Positions 51,273 to 63,154 are shown, counted from the first letter of the stretch. The stretch: 64,000 nucleotides of DNA from Zancudomyces culisetae HAW-14-8 (GCA_052426225.1 JBNJNM010000013.1:1998246-2062245), one strand, 5' to 3'. A program made the numbers and translations. The notes: generated from the letters alone by a model not told the origin.

Positions 51273-54200
51273 TGTCAAGTCATGACAGTTGCCATCCTAT
51301 GTAATTCATTAAAATGACTTCAATCATTGTTACTAGTGCATCAAGGTCTTTGTAATTATTCTTCGACATGATAGTAGTAGTTATTATATATTGATCTGAC
51401 AAACTCTATGAACTTATAATTTTGGTGTAATTTGGTGATTATTAAGTACTACTATACAATATATTTATTGTTAACACTAGATGTCAGATAAGTTTTTCTG
51501 AATGAATAAAGAATGCAATTAAAACTTTTTTTTTGTATTATATATATTTAGTATTTAATACTAACATGTTGCATAAATAGAAAGTAGTTAAAATTAATGA
51601 ACTATTTAAAGTAAAGTTGTGTTTGTACTAGTTTCAATATTAAACATGTTTAAAATCATATTTCTGATTCATCCAAACCATGTTTGATATTGTTTGTTGA
51701 TTTAAATTGAAACTGTTTAATATTAGTTTATGACAGTATTCCCTCTCTTAGTGTCGATCTCTGAGCGACATAGGTTTATTCATGTTTTCATTATGTTACT
51801 TTTCCACAAGTTCTTTTGTATTTGTTAGATGTTCGGCTGGTTCCCAAGTTCTTTCGCTTGCGTCGTACCCTTTCCAGTCCACTAGATATTGTAGTTTATT
51901 ATATTTAATACGACTGTCTAATATTTGTTCGACTTTGTATTCTGATATTCAATCAACTAGTACCGGTAATGGAGCTTCCTGAATTTGGCCTTCAATAGTG
52001 TTGTTAGTTACTGGTTCTAGAAGGGAAACGTGAAAGACAGGATGTAATTTCATAGTCGTAGAAAGTTGAAGTTCGTATGTTACTTTGCTTATTTTTATAA
52101 CTATTGTGAATGGACCTAATTTAGTATAATCTAGTTTGTTATTTGGGCTGTTAGTTTTAATTATTTTCTATTTAACCACACTTTTGATCCTATATTAAAC
52201 TCGGGTTCGGCTTGTCTGTTTTTATCATATGCTTTAGCATATCTTTCATTTGCATTTTTAATATTTTATATAAGTTCCTTGTAAATTTGTGACATTTACT
52301 GAGATAAATATGTGATTATGGACGAGTTACTGGGTGAAGTCAAAATATTTGATCGAAATATTGAAGGATGATAATCGGTATTAGCGTAGAATGGTGAAAA
52401 TTTTGTAGTTGAGTGTTTTCAGTAATTATATGCAAATTCTGCGAGTGCTAATAAATCATGCCAGTTTGTTTGGTTGTAGTTACAATAAATTCGGATATAC
52501 TGTTCTAAAACTTGGTTTACTCGTTCCGTTTGACCATCCGTTTGTATATGGTATGCTGTTGACATATTTAATATTATATTTAATACTTTGGTAATAGTAT
52601 CCAAAATTTTGAAGTGAAGATAGAACCTCTATCAGAGAATATATCTTTTGGCAGTCCGTGAAGTTTAAATATGTTATTGATAAATAGTTTTGCTGTTTGT
52701 TGTTCGTTGATGTTGTTATTTGTTGGAATAAAATGCGCCATTTTTGTTAGTCTATCTACAATAACCAATACTGAATCGTAAGTTTGTGACAATGGTAACC
52801 CAACAATAAAATCCATAGAAATTGATTCCCACGGTTTATCTGGAATCTGTAAAGGTTGTAGTTGACCATATGGTTTGTGTCTTATCGGTTTACATCTGCA
52901 ACATTGATCGCATGAGTTAATATAATTTTTAATCATTTTTTTCATTTTTGGCCAATAATAGTATCTGGAAATCAGTTCAAAGGTTTTAGAATGTCCGATG
53001 TGTCCAGAAATAGGCGAATCGTGAAATTGGTTGAGTAGTAGTAGTTTGATTTCAATGTTATCTGGAATGTATGTTTTACCTTTAAAAGTAAGTATTTCAT
53101 TGTCGTATTTATAATCCTTTAGGTTTGGATATTCAGAGTTAGATGAATTGTTAATATGTTTCAATTTAGAAATAATGGAAATAGATTTAATATCTTTTTC
53201 GTAGCTACTATTAAATATAGTTTTATCAAAATTATTATAACCATTGGTTCTACTGCTGCAATTATCTATTGTTCTGGCTTTAGCAAAGTTTTATTAGTAC
53301 GTAGAGCGTCATCCCGCTCCTTAGGCAAATGATCCGGGCGTCGGGACAAAGCATCGGGTATCCCGTTAGATGAACCAGTTGCGTATTTAATAATGAAATT
53401 ATAATTTCCTAATAATTCTGCCCATCGTGCTTGAAGCCTTTTCTTAGTATTAGTGGTAGTCAAATATTCTAGATTTTTATGGTCAGTTAAAACCGTAATT
53501 TGATGTAATGCTCCTTCGAGTTATGATCTCCTTTCTTTAAAAGCCTCAATTATGGCTAACGTTTCGTTATCGTAAATTTCGTAGTTGATTTCAGCAGGTT
53601 GTAACTTTCTGGAATAATATGCTAACGGGTGTAAATTGTTATTATCGTTGCGTTGTGATATAACTCCTTGAATTGCGAAGTCTGATGCATCAGTTTCGAT
53701 AGTAATTGATTTATTCGGATCAAAATATTTTAAAATAAGTGCAGTTGTAAATGCTTTTTTTAATTGATCGAAAGAGTTTTGTGCTTGAGTGCTCCAGCTC
53801 CATTTTTTATTTTTTCGTAACAATTTTGTTATAGATGTCACAATCATTATAAAATTCATTATAAAATTTCTATAGAAATTTACAAAACCAAGGAACGTTT
53901 GAATTACTATTATTGAGGTTGGTGTAGGCCATGCACTACAGCTATTGTCTTTGTTATATCCATACTTACCCCTTTATCGGAAACAATATATCCCAAGAAT
54001 TCGACTTCTGTTTTGTGAAATCGACATTTTTCCAGTTTAGCATAAAGTGAATTATTCTGGAGTCTTCTTAATATATCTTTTACATGCTTAATATGGTCTT
54101 CTAATGTTGTACTATAAACCAGTATATCATAAAATATACTACTGCAAAACTATCTAAGCAGTCTGATAATACATCATTCATGAAATATTGAAACGATGCT

Positions 54201-57200
54201 GGAGCATTGCAGAGTCCGAATGGCATAACTCTATATTCTTAGTGACCGTATCTCATACGGAATGCATTATTCCATTCTTCTCCCTTAGCCTTTCTTATTA
54301 AATTATTAGCGCCTCTTAAATCGATTTTAGTTAATATTTTCGCTTGTCTGAATCTGTCGAGTATCACTCCGATTAAATTTAAGAGATACCTGTTTTTATA
54401 GTCAAGTTATTTAATCCTCTATATCAACGCATTATCTTAAAGATCCAACTTTCTTTTTTACAAAAAGTATAGGAGAGCCAGCAGGAGATGATGAAATATG
54501 AATAAAACCTTTTCTAAATTTTCTTTCAAATATTCACAAAGTGCTGCGAGTTCTGTATCAGATAGTGAATAAATTGGTCCAAATGGTGGTTGTGAGCCTG
54601 GTTTTAACGAAATATTATGATCATATGTACGATGAGGTGGTAAAAGATTAGTTGCTTTTTCGTCGAATACATCTTTAAATTCAGAATATTCCGATGGTAT
54701 AGGAGTTATTTCTGATTTTCTGGAATTAATGTGCAAGTTATTGTGTGTGTAGAACATTGATTTTGTTGTTTAATACAATTATTTTGGCAATATTCTGATA
54801 TGAAATAAAACTTATCTAAATACCCCTCTAAATCTATATTATGGGTTCTCAGCCAGTTTATTCAATAATTACAGGGTATTTTCCCAATTTGGTTACATCA
54901 AAAGATATAATTACGTAATAATTATAGGTGTTAAGTTGAAGAGGTATTCTATTGTGTGTTATGGAGCCTGACGAAATTAATCTTCCGTAATTACTAGTAG
55001 CGGAATTGGTAATTTTTTTAATACTAATGGAATGATATTAGTATTGGCAAAAGTAAAATCAATGAAGCTATTAGTTGCACCCGAATCAATCATGGCAACG
55101 GTTTTTATCGGGTTATTGTTTACCCGAAGGGTTACTGATACTATAAGGTGCGCGTTAACTTTATTTGTTGACATATTTAAATGTTCCAGGTCAAGATTCT
55201 TATTGATTGTGGAATTGATTTTTAAGTTGCAGTCAGGTATAGATCAGGCTTGAGTTCAGGCATAATTTCAGGTTATGAGTAAAGTACAGGTTTAGTTTTA
55301 ATTATAAGTTCAGATTTGATTTCAGGTTTAAGTTCAGGTTTGATTTCAGATTTGGTTTCATGTTTATTTTCAGAGTTATAGTTGGATTAGTAAATGTATT
55401 TTTTACATTAATTTCTGGTGTTAGTTTGGTTATTTCAGTAGTGTTTATATTATTGTTAAATTGTAAAGGTAGATTTAATTCAGCTTGATTTAAACTTCCG
55501 GATGTTTCATTAGCGGCAATACTTAAAGGGTAAAAATTATGATTGAAGTGGACGGTTTAGGATAATAAGATACGCTCAAGACTACATCCGAAAATTGTCT
55601 TGAGCTTAATTGTTTTACTTAATAATGCTTGCAGATATAGGATTTGGTACCTTTAGTAGCGGGCGACGAGGACAAGATGAAATGACATGATCAGGATTAC
55701 CACAGTATAGACAAAGATTAAGGTCGCGGCGGCGTTGTTTTTCAGTCTGAGTGAGTGGTGGGCGACGAGATAAAGTTCCGTCAATTTCCATTTGTTGCAC
55801 CCGAGGCTGTGTTAAACTATTAAATTGTTTCTTGATGGTGTAGAGTTAACCAAATTTTGAATATGCATTGGGCGAGAGCAAAACGTTTTTTCAAGGTTTT
55901 TTCAAATAGTCTGTTGTCAATTTTTATGGCGAGGTCAATAAATTCTGAAAAGTTGTCTGGTCTATCGAAACGGGCTAATAAATCCATAATGTCTTTTTTA
56001 AGTCATTCATAAAATTGGCTACAGAGTGCTGCGTCATTCCAGTACATAAGTGTCGAAATACGACAAAATTCAGTAGCATAGGTGGCTGCGGATCCCAACT
56101 GGCGAAGTTTTCAGAGTTGACGTTCAGCTGTCGAAGATTGGTGTGGATATCCTAAAACAGATAAAGTTCGTTTATGAAAATGTCAAAATTTTCCAGGGTT
56201 GGTTCATGATCATTAGATTCTAGAATCGGTTGTAGCCACGAGAAAGCAGGACCACGAAGGAACGTAAAAGCAAAAATGGCTTTCTGAGTATCTGTTGAAA
56301 ATCTTGAGGGTTGAGCTTGTATGACTAGTTGGAATTGTGCTATAAAGTTTCTTAGTTGGTCTCTATTGCCACTAAAGTATTCAGGATCTGCTACATTTGG
56401 TTCTCTAGCCACTGGTAACTCGTTTGCTTGATTATTTCTTAACATATTTAAGCGGCACTGAAGATCGTCTAGTTGGGTTGCTGTCATGATCCATTCATGA
56501 CATTATTGCTATAAATAATATGTTATTAAAAATTGCCAATTTAATATTATTAACGTTTTCTCCGCTTTAATACTTAGTCCATAAATTATTAATTATGTAG
56601 TAAGAATAAATTTTAATATTAATTTGGTTTTACCCCATAATATTAAATGTTAACTGTGGAGTTGACAGTTAATATTATTTAGTTTTAAAGTTATAGTTAT
56701 AAGTATAGCATTTATTAAGTTTTACAATTAATTTTGTATATTGTTAAACTATATAAGGACAATGATTTTATTGCTTTAGGAAACTTTAGCAATAAAATAC
56801 TTTATATCTCATATTATTTTATTAAATAAATCATATCATAGTTAATACAAATAGTACTTAGTGACGAGTTGTGACATGGAGCTAATTTTATGTAATTGAT
56901 TATAATGTCTTACAATCATTGATACTAGTGCATCAAGGTCTATGTAATTATTCACTGACATGATAGTAGAATTTAATATATATTGATCTGACAAACTCTA
57001 TGAACTTATAATTTTGGTGTAATTTGGTGATTATTAAGTACTACTATACAATATATTTATTGTTAACATTTGTTGTCAAATAAGTTTTTCTGAATGAATA
57101 AAGAATGCTATTAAAACTTTTTGTTTGTATTATATCTATTTAGTATTAAAGACTAAAATGTTGGATAAATAGAAAGTAGTTAATATTAATGAACTATTTA

Positions 57201-57327
57201 AACTAAAGTTGTGTTTTGTGCTAGTTTCATTATTAACATGTTTAAAATCATATTACAGATTCATCCAAATCATGTTTGATATTGTTTGTTGATTTAAATT
57301 GAAACTGTTTAATATTAGTTTATGACA
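51273..57327 (-). mobile_element. Degenerate Ty3/Gypsy chromovirus, family B copy 2 (shares LTR 51273-51735 with copy 1)
   Basis: Same gag/pol fragments (gag start MTATQLDDLQ at 56487). PPT follows 51735. 5' LTR at 56862-57327. Confidence 0.93.
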
Positions 57328-57878
57328 ATCTGTTGGATTTTTTCATTGGTGGCTTTTTTAATTATCGTAAAACAGTGAGCTTCAATGATTTTAGCTAGCT
57401 TTTGAGTTCCAGGAGCGTTACTGTTTTTAACTGCAATGAATTTATGTGTGTTAGTGTCAAGATCTGGAGTCAGGAGAGTTATATTTATTATTATTAAAGT
57501 TTATTGTATGAATGTATACAAGATACTAGATACTGAATCCAAGACAGGAAATTTGTACCCTTTTTATACTTTTTTCCAGCCTTGGTTTTTGAACATAATC
57601 ACTATAAAAACTGCGGAATAGCTAAAAATTCAAGCTAAAGAAAAACGTGTTTGATTACTAATCAAATTGGATTAGTAATCAAACAAAATTCAAACTCGAA
57701 TGCTATTAAAATTAAACATGTGAAAATTATTACGTAATAAAAATTAATAAATAATGTGAATGTTCGGAAATGTTCTAGAATGTTTCCCAACATTCTAAAC
57801 ATTACTGCGGAATAAAATCAGATGATTCTAGAACGTTTTCGAACATGCTAGAATCAGTTCATGACACGACCTCCCCTC

Positions 57879-60800
57879 TTAAGGCTGAGCTCCGTGAAGC
57901 ATTTGTGGTGGCTTTGGTTTTTCAGGATGGTGACGATGGAATTCAGTGACAAGATATTTTGCATTTGCTAAGTCAGAATATGTTTGCCAGGTACGTTCAG
58001 TGTCTGGGTATCCTTTCCAGTGTACCAGGTATTTGACAGTTCTACCAAATATTTTACTGTCTAGGATTTTCTCAACTTCATATTCTTCTTGACCATCAAT
58101 GATCACAGGTGGAAGCGGTTTTGATAGTCTGTCTGGGATCAGATCTGGTTTACAAGGTTCAAGGAGATTGACGTGGAATACTGGGTGAATCTTCATTGTG
58201 TGTGGTAGCTGAAGTTTGTATGATCTTTGTCCAATCTTTTCCAATACTTTGAATGGACCAAGTTTCCGATAGTCAAGCTTCTTGCTTGGTCTTTGAGTCC
58301 TGATGTTTTTAGTTGAGAGATAGACAAGATCACCAATGTTGAAGTCAGGTTGTGATGATACTTTTCGGTTGTAGTATTTCTCATGGTCTTCAAGGGCAAG
58401 GGTGATGTTAAACTTCAGTTCTTGGTGGATATCAGATAGTCGTTTGGATCTATCAGAGGAGGCAGGATTTAAAACTTGAGTACGAGGGATTATGACTGAG
58501 AAGCGTGGATGGAAGCCATAGTTGGCGTAGAAAGGTGTGGTTTTAGTAGAAGCATGAGATGTGTTGTTGTAGGCGAATTCAGCAATTGGTAACCACTTTG
58601 ACCAATCAGTTTGTTGGTAATCAATGTAGCACCTGAGATACTGTTCCAATACTGAGTTTACGCGTTCAGTTTGTCCATCTGTCTGAGGATGGAATGCGGT
58701 GGACATTTTCTGTTCAATATTCAGTGATTTCATTAGAGTACGCATGAATGATGAATTGAAGGTTACACCTCTATCTGATACGATGTCTTTAGGGAGTCCA
58801 TGTTTGCAGAAGACATGTTGGATAAACAGATCTGCAGTACCTTCAGCATCAATTTCATTGGTTGTGGGAACAAAATGCGCCATCTTGGTAAGGCGATCCA
58901 CAAATACACAGATTGCAGTAAAGTTATTGGATGGAGGTAGCTGAGTGATGAAGTCGACAGAAACAGATGACCAAGGTGAATCAGGAACGGGAAGTGGAGC
59001 GAGGTAGCCATATGGTTTATGGCGAGAGGATTTGTTGCGTTGACAGGTATCGCAACCAGAGATGTAGTCTTTGATATATTTTCTCATGGTTGGCCAGTAA
59101 AAGTTGCGAGATACAAGTTCGTATGTCTTTGCATTTCCAAAGTGGCCGGCAGCAGGGGAATCATGGCATTCAATCAGAATTGTTCTTTTGATGTTGTCGT
59201 CTGAGGGGATACAGATTAGTCCATCATAGTGCAGAAGATTGTCAACAAGAGCGAACTTTTCATGGGAATCAGGTTTCTTGGATAAGTCAGTGTAAATGGG
59301 TCCAAAGTACGTGTCTTTGGGTTGTAGTGACTTGATGTTGTTCATGAGCGTGGAGGACAAAGGTTCAACAGGTGTACTAGTCATGGACTTCAAGAAGATT
59401 TCAGGAGGCAGCAAAGTTATTTTGTTTTGGTCAGTACGGGAGTCACCCCCCTTCCAAGGTTGGTCTTTCCGAGAAAGAGCATCGGCGGCAGTGTTCTGTT
59501 TTCCAGGGCGGTACTTGATGACAAAGTTGAAGTTACTGAGGTATTCTGACCATCTGACTTGGCGGCGACTAAGATTTCTGGTAGTGGAGAAGTATTCCAA
59601 GTTTTTATGGTCGGTCATAACAACGGTTGGGTGTACAGAAAATTCAAGGTAGTGACGCCAGTGAGCAAAAGCGTCGATAATTGCTAACAGTTCCTTATCA
59701 TAGATTTGATAATTCACTTCAGCAGGCAGGAGTTTCCGGGAGTAGTATGCAACAGGGTGGAGTTGTCCCTCGTTGTCATACTGGCTGCAAATGGCACCTA
59801 ATGCAAAATCTGATGCATCGGTTTCGATGATACAAGGCTGGTCAGGATTGTAGTGAGCTAAGACTGGGTTACTGATCATGGTTTCTTTTAGCAAGGCGAA
59901 AGCTTCTTCAGCTTTGGGTGTCCACTGGAATTGAACACCTTTTTTCAACAAGGCGGTAAGTGGCAGAGATATCTTGGAGTAGTTCAGAATAAAACGGCGG
60001 TAGAAGTTTGTAAGGCCAAGGAATACCTGAACGTCACGGACACAAGTTGGTGTCTTCCATTCGGTGACGCTGGATACTTTTGATGGATCCATAGAGATTC
60101 CGTTGGGGCCAATTACAAAACCGAGGAACTGTACTGATTGTACATCAAACTCACATTTCTCTAGCTTGAGGGTGAGATTGTGTTCCTGAAGTTTCTTCAA
60201 GACAAGGCAGACGTGGTTATAGTGCTTATCGATATCATCTGAGTAGATTAACAGATCATCGATGTACACAACAAGGAATTGATCAATGTATTCACGGAAG
60301 AGATCGTTAACAAAGGACTGGAACGTGGCTGGAGCATTCATAAGGCCAAACGGCATGACCTTATACTCGAAGTGGCCGTAGCGTGTACGAAACGCGGTCT
60401 TCCATTCTTCACCAGGCGAGATCCTGATCATGTGGTATGCGGATTTCATATCCAGCTTGGTGAATATCTTGGCTTTGCCAAGCCGATCCAAGGTTTCAGA
60501 GATGAGTGGCAAGGCTGCACGGTTGGGGACAGTGATCTTATTCAGGGCTCTATAGTCGACGCACAACCGGAGACTACCATCTTTCTTTTTTACAAATAGG
60601 ACGGGAGCCCCAGCCGGGGATTCAGAGCGTTGGATAAAACCATTGGCTAGGTTTTCCTGAATGTAGTCGTACAGGGTCTTTAGTTCCAATTGGGAGAGGT
60701 TGTACAATGGGCCATATGGTATCTTTGAGTCAGGAAGCAAAGGAATGGTATGATCATATGGACGATGTTCAGGCAGTTTGGCAGATTGGGATTCAGAGAA

Positions 60801-61496
60801 GACAGATTCAAACATTTTATACTTTTCAGGGATTACAGGAGTAACAGGGTTTTTAAGAGAAGATTCAGAGACAAGACAGAGATTTTCACAAGATTTAGGA
60901 GCTACAAGAGATTCAAGATTGTTCACGGTAATTGCACCAGCATAGACAGTGTCTGGTGCCTTCAGATGTTCTTTAAACTGGTTTGAGCCCACAAGAGAGA
61001 TGTCTAGGTTGACATGGTTGGGCCCACAAGAAGACAAGGTACACGGCAGATGGACTACGTTTTCAGTCCAGTTGATGTCAGGATTGTGTTGTTGAAGCCA
61101 GGAAAGACCAAGGATGATTGGTGAAGATCCAAGATCTAGTTGTTGCAGATAGATACTTTCGAGATGGTTATCGTTGATTTTTAGTGTTACTTGGGAGGCA
61201 GAGTTGGATCTAAGCTTTGATCCGTCAGCGAGCGTGATTGTCATTTTTCTAGATATAGATGGTAGATTGTTTTTTAGAGCAAAGGTGGCGTCAATGAACG
61301 AGGACGAAGCACCAGAATCAACCATAGCGTAGGTTTTGATGTGGTGGTGCTTGGACAAGATGGTTACAGGAATGGTCAAGGTGTTTGGTTTATCAGGAGA
61401 TTGGGTGTCAGAAACAGGAGTGGTTACAGTGGCGTGGGGACTGGCTAAGTTGCCCAATAGGTGTCCCTTACTGTCTACTGGGCGGTGTCGTTTTCC
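57879..61496 (-). CDS. pol: Pol polyprotein (protease, RT, RNase H, integrase, chromodomain), reached by -1 frameshift
   Basis: VDSGA, YIDD, ETDASD, HHCC, SDRG/QTERVN, GPF and EYEVEKILD..YLVHWKGY. The frame is open from the slippery site GGAAAAC at 61496-61490. Confidence 0.96.
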   Translation of the reverse strand, partial: GKRHRPVDSKGHLLGNLASPHATVTTPVSDTQSPDKPNTLTIPVTILSKHHHIKTYAMVDSGASSSFIDATFALKNNLPSISRKMTITLADGSKLRSNSASQVTLKINDNHLESIYLQQLDLGSSPIILGLSWLQQHNPDINWTENVVHLPCTLSSCGPNHVNLDISLVGSNQFKEHLKAPDTVYAGAITVNNLESLVAPKSCENLCLVSESSLKNPVTPVIPEKYKMFESVFSESQSAKLPEHRPYDHTIPLLPDSKIPYGPLYNLSQLELKTLYDYIQENLANGFIQRSESPAGAPVLFVKKKDGSLRLCVDYRALNKITVPNRAALPLISETLDRLGKAKIFTKLDMKSAYHMIRISPGEEWKTAFRTRYGHFEYKVMPFGLMNAPATFQSFVNDLFREYIDQFLVVYIDDLLIYSDDIDKHYNHVCLVLKKLQEHNLTLKLEKCEFDVQSVQFLGFVIGPNGISMDPSKVSSVTEWKTPTCVRDVQVFLGLTNFYRRFILNYSKISLPLTALLKKGVQFQWTPKAEEAFALLKETMISNPVLAHYNPDQPCIIETDASDFALGAICSQYDNEGQLHPVAYYSRKLLPAEVNYQIYDKELLAIIDAFAHWRHYLEFSVHPTVVMTDHKNLEYFSTTRNLSRRQVRWSEYLSNFNFVIKYRPGKQNTAADALSRKDQPWKGGDSRTDQNKITLLPPEIFLKSMTSTPVEPLSSTLMNNIKSLQPKDTYFGPIYTDLSKKPDSHEKFALVDNLLHYDGLICIPSDDNIKRTILIECHDSPAAGHFGNAKTYELVSRNFYWPTMRKYIKDYISGCDTCQRNKSSRHKPYGYLAPLPVPDSPWSSVSVDFITQLPPSNNFTAICVFVDRLTKMAHFVPTTNEIDAEGTADLFIQHVFCKHGLPKDIVSDRGVTFNSSFMRTLMKSLNIEQKMSTAFHPQTDGQTERVNSVLEQYLRCYIDYQQTDWSKWLPIAEFAYNNTSHASTKTTPFYANYGFHPRFSVIIPRTQVLNPASSDRSKRLSDIHQELKFNITLALEDHEKYYNRKVSSQPDFNIGDLVYLSTKNIRTQRPSKKLDYRKLGPFKVLEKIGQRSYKLQLPHTMKIHPVFHVNLLEPCKPDLIPDRLSKPLPPVIIDGQEEYEVEKILDSKIFGRTVKYLVHWKGYPDTERTWQTYSDLANAKYLVTEFHRHHPEKPKPPQMLHGAQP
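61437..61496 (-). promoter_or_regulatory. -1 ribosomal frameshift signal: G GAA AAC plus H-type pseudoknot
   Basis: Stem 1 is GCCCAGTAG/CTATTGGGC. Loop GGGAC can pair with the downstream GTCCC. Confidence 0.8.
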
Positions 61497-62694
61497 TGTA
61501 TTGGTGTAATGCTGGAGATGTTGTGACGTTTCTTTGGACAGTTGATGTTGAAATGGTCATTACCGCCACAATAGAGACAGAGGTTGTTTTCGATACGGTA
61601 TGCCCTTTGAGCAGGAGTAAGTGGTGGTCTTCTAGTCGATGAAGCGGTACTGAGATCCATTGGTTGAGGTCCATCACTATTAGCTGGTGGAGTGGTAGAT
61701 GGTGCAGAAACAGGTGAAGCAAACGGGTTGTAAGCAGTGGGTTTGGGTGGCATAGTTGCAGTGGGGTTAACTGGAGGTTGACGACGTAGTGGATGGCTGA
61801 AGAGGCGGTTGTCGATCTGGATGGCTGTAGAGATCAGGGTATCGATGTCTTCTATTGGTTCTCTACGGTTGAGTTCTTGGGATACGTTGTACTTGAGACC
61901 GGATAGAAACTGTGAGATCAAAGGTGGTTGGTTCCAGTCAATTAACATCTGTAGGCGTCTAAACTCGGTGGCATATGCGGCAACGGAAGTGGTTTGGCGG
62001 AGTTGGCGGATTGCCCTATCACATTCTCAATAGGGTTGGGATCACCAAAGGCACGAGTGATAGTTTCTTTAAACAGATTGTAGTTGGAGAGGATGGCAGG
62101 ACGATCAGACTGTGGAAGGTTTGCTTTCATGAGGTAAGGTTCCATGTAACTGAATGGTGTGCCTGAGAGGTAGGAGATGGCATACAAGACTTTACTTGAG
62201 TCTGTGTTGAATTTATCGGGTGAAGCGGCAAAGACGAGAGCAAGCTGTGAAAAGAAGTTGGAACAGGCGGAGGGTTTTCCTGAAAATGTGTCTGGGTGTC
62301 TGACTTTGATACTAGGTTCAGAAGTACTAGCAACTTTGGTGGCACGGTTTTCAGTTATATAAAGTATGACTTCGTTCCTGAGGGTACTGAGCTGGTCCTG
62401 AAGGGATTGGATTTCCAACTGGTTGGCCTGTATGGCGCTTTGGGTCAGCTGGTCTGAATTCTGGATATCGGACTGGAGGTTTTTCATGGAGTCAAGAATG
62501 GTCTGGATGGACTTGGTGGTGTCTGCTTTGACCTTGTCATAAATTTTCTTGGATACTGTGGCAGGGTGTTCCTTGATGGCAGACTCGGCTTTTTCTACTC
62601 TTATTAGTAGTTGCTGGAGGGCGTCTTTAACTGCTGGTAGGGTCACGGCGGCTTTGTTGAGGAATTCAACTTGTTCTGGGCTAAACGGTTCCAT
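61475..62694 (-). CDS. gag: Gag with one frameshift near 62025
   Basis: PDTFSG..FGDPNP, then a shifted frame CDRAIRQLRQTTSVAAYATEF..GPQPMDL..LCLYCGGNDH..QENDTAQ*. Confidence 0.88.
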
Positions 62695-62743
62695 GGATTA
62701 AATACTTAGGCTGGTGTCAGAAAATAATAAATATAATATTTTG

Positions 62744-62752
62744 ATCTAGTAT
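62744..62752 (-). promoter_or_regulatory. Non-tRNA (self-priming-type) primer binding site
   Basis: ATACTAGAT sits 2 nt after the 5' LTR and is complementary to ATCTAGTAT at 62831-62823, ~37 nt downstream of TATAAAAA (62868-62861). Confidence 0.65.
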
Positions 62753-63057
62753 AGTGTCAAGATCTGGAGTCAGGAGAGTTATATTTATTATTATTAAAGT
62801 TTATTGTATGAATGTATACAAGATACTAGATACTGAATCCAAGACAGGAAAATTGTACCCTTTTTATACTTTTTTCCAGCCTTGGTTTTTGAACATAATC
62901 ACTATGAAAACTGCGGAATAGCTAAAAATTCAAGCTAAAGAAAAACGCGTCTGATTACTAATCAAATTGGATTAGTAATCAAACAAAATTCAAACTCGAA
63001 TGCTATTAAAATTAAACATGTGAAAATTATTACGTAATAAAAATTAATAAATAATGT

Positions 63058-63154
63058 GAATGTTCGGAAATGTTCTAGAATGTTGGGGAACATTCTAAAC
63101 ATTACTGCGGAATAAAATCAGATGATTCTAGAACGTTTTCGAACATTCTAGAAT
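63058..63154. promoter_or_regulatory. Heat-shock-element-like nGAAn arrays in LTR U3
   Basis: TTCtaGAAcgTTTtcGAAcaTTCtaGAA at 63126-63153 and GAAtgTTCggAAAtgTTCtaGAAtgTTGggGAAcaTTC at 63058-63095. Confidence 0.65.

Larger units (their letters stand above)
45608..51735 (-). mobile_element. Degenerate Ty3/Gypsy chromovirus, family B copy 1
   Basis: Gag pieces 50016-50900 (LCLYCGNPDH knuckle), protease, RT (VYLDD), RNase H, integrase and chromodomain (YLVDWKGY) fragments. PPT at 45942-45953. LTRs at 45608-45941 and 51273-51735. Confidence 0.93.

Noticed and set aside
58193-62362. Short ORFs overlapping gag/pol
   Set aside because: Shadow frames of the retroelement coding sequence.
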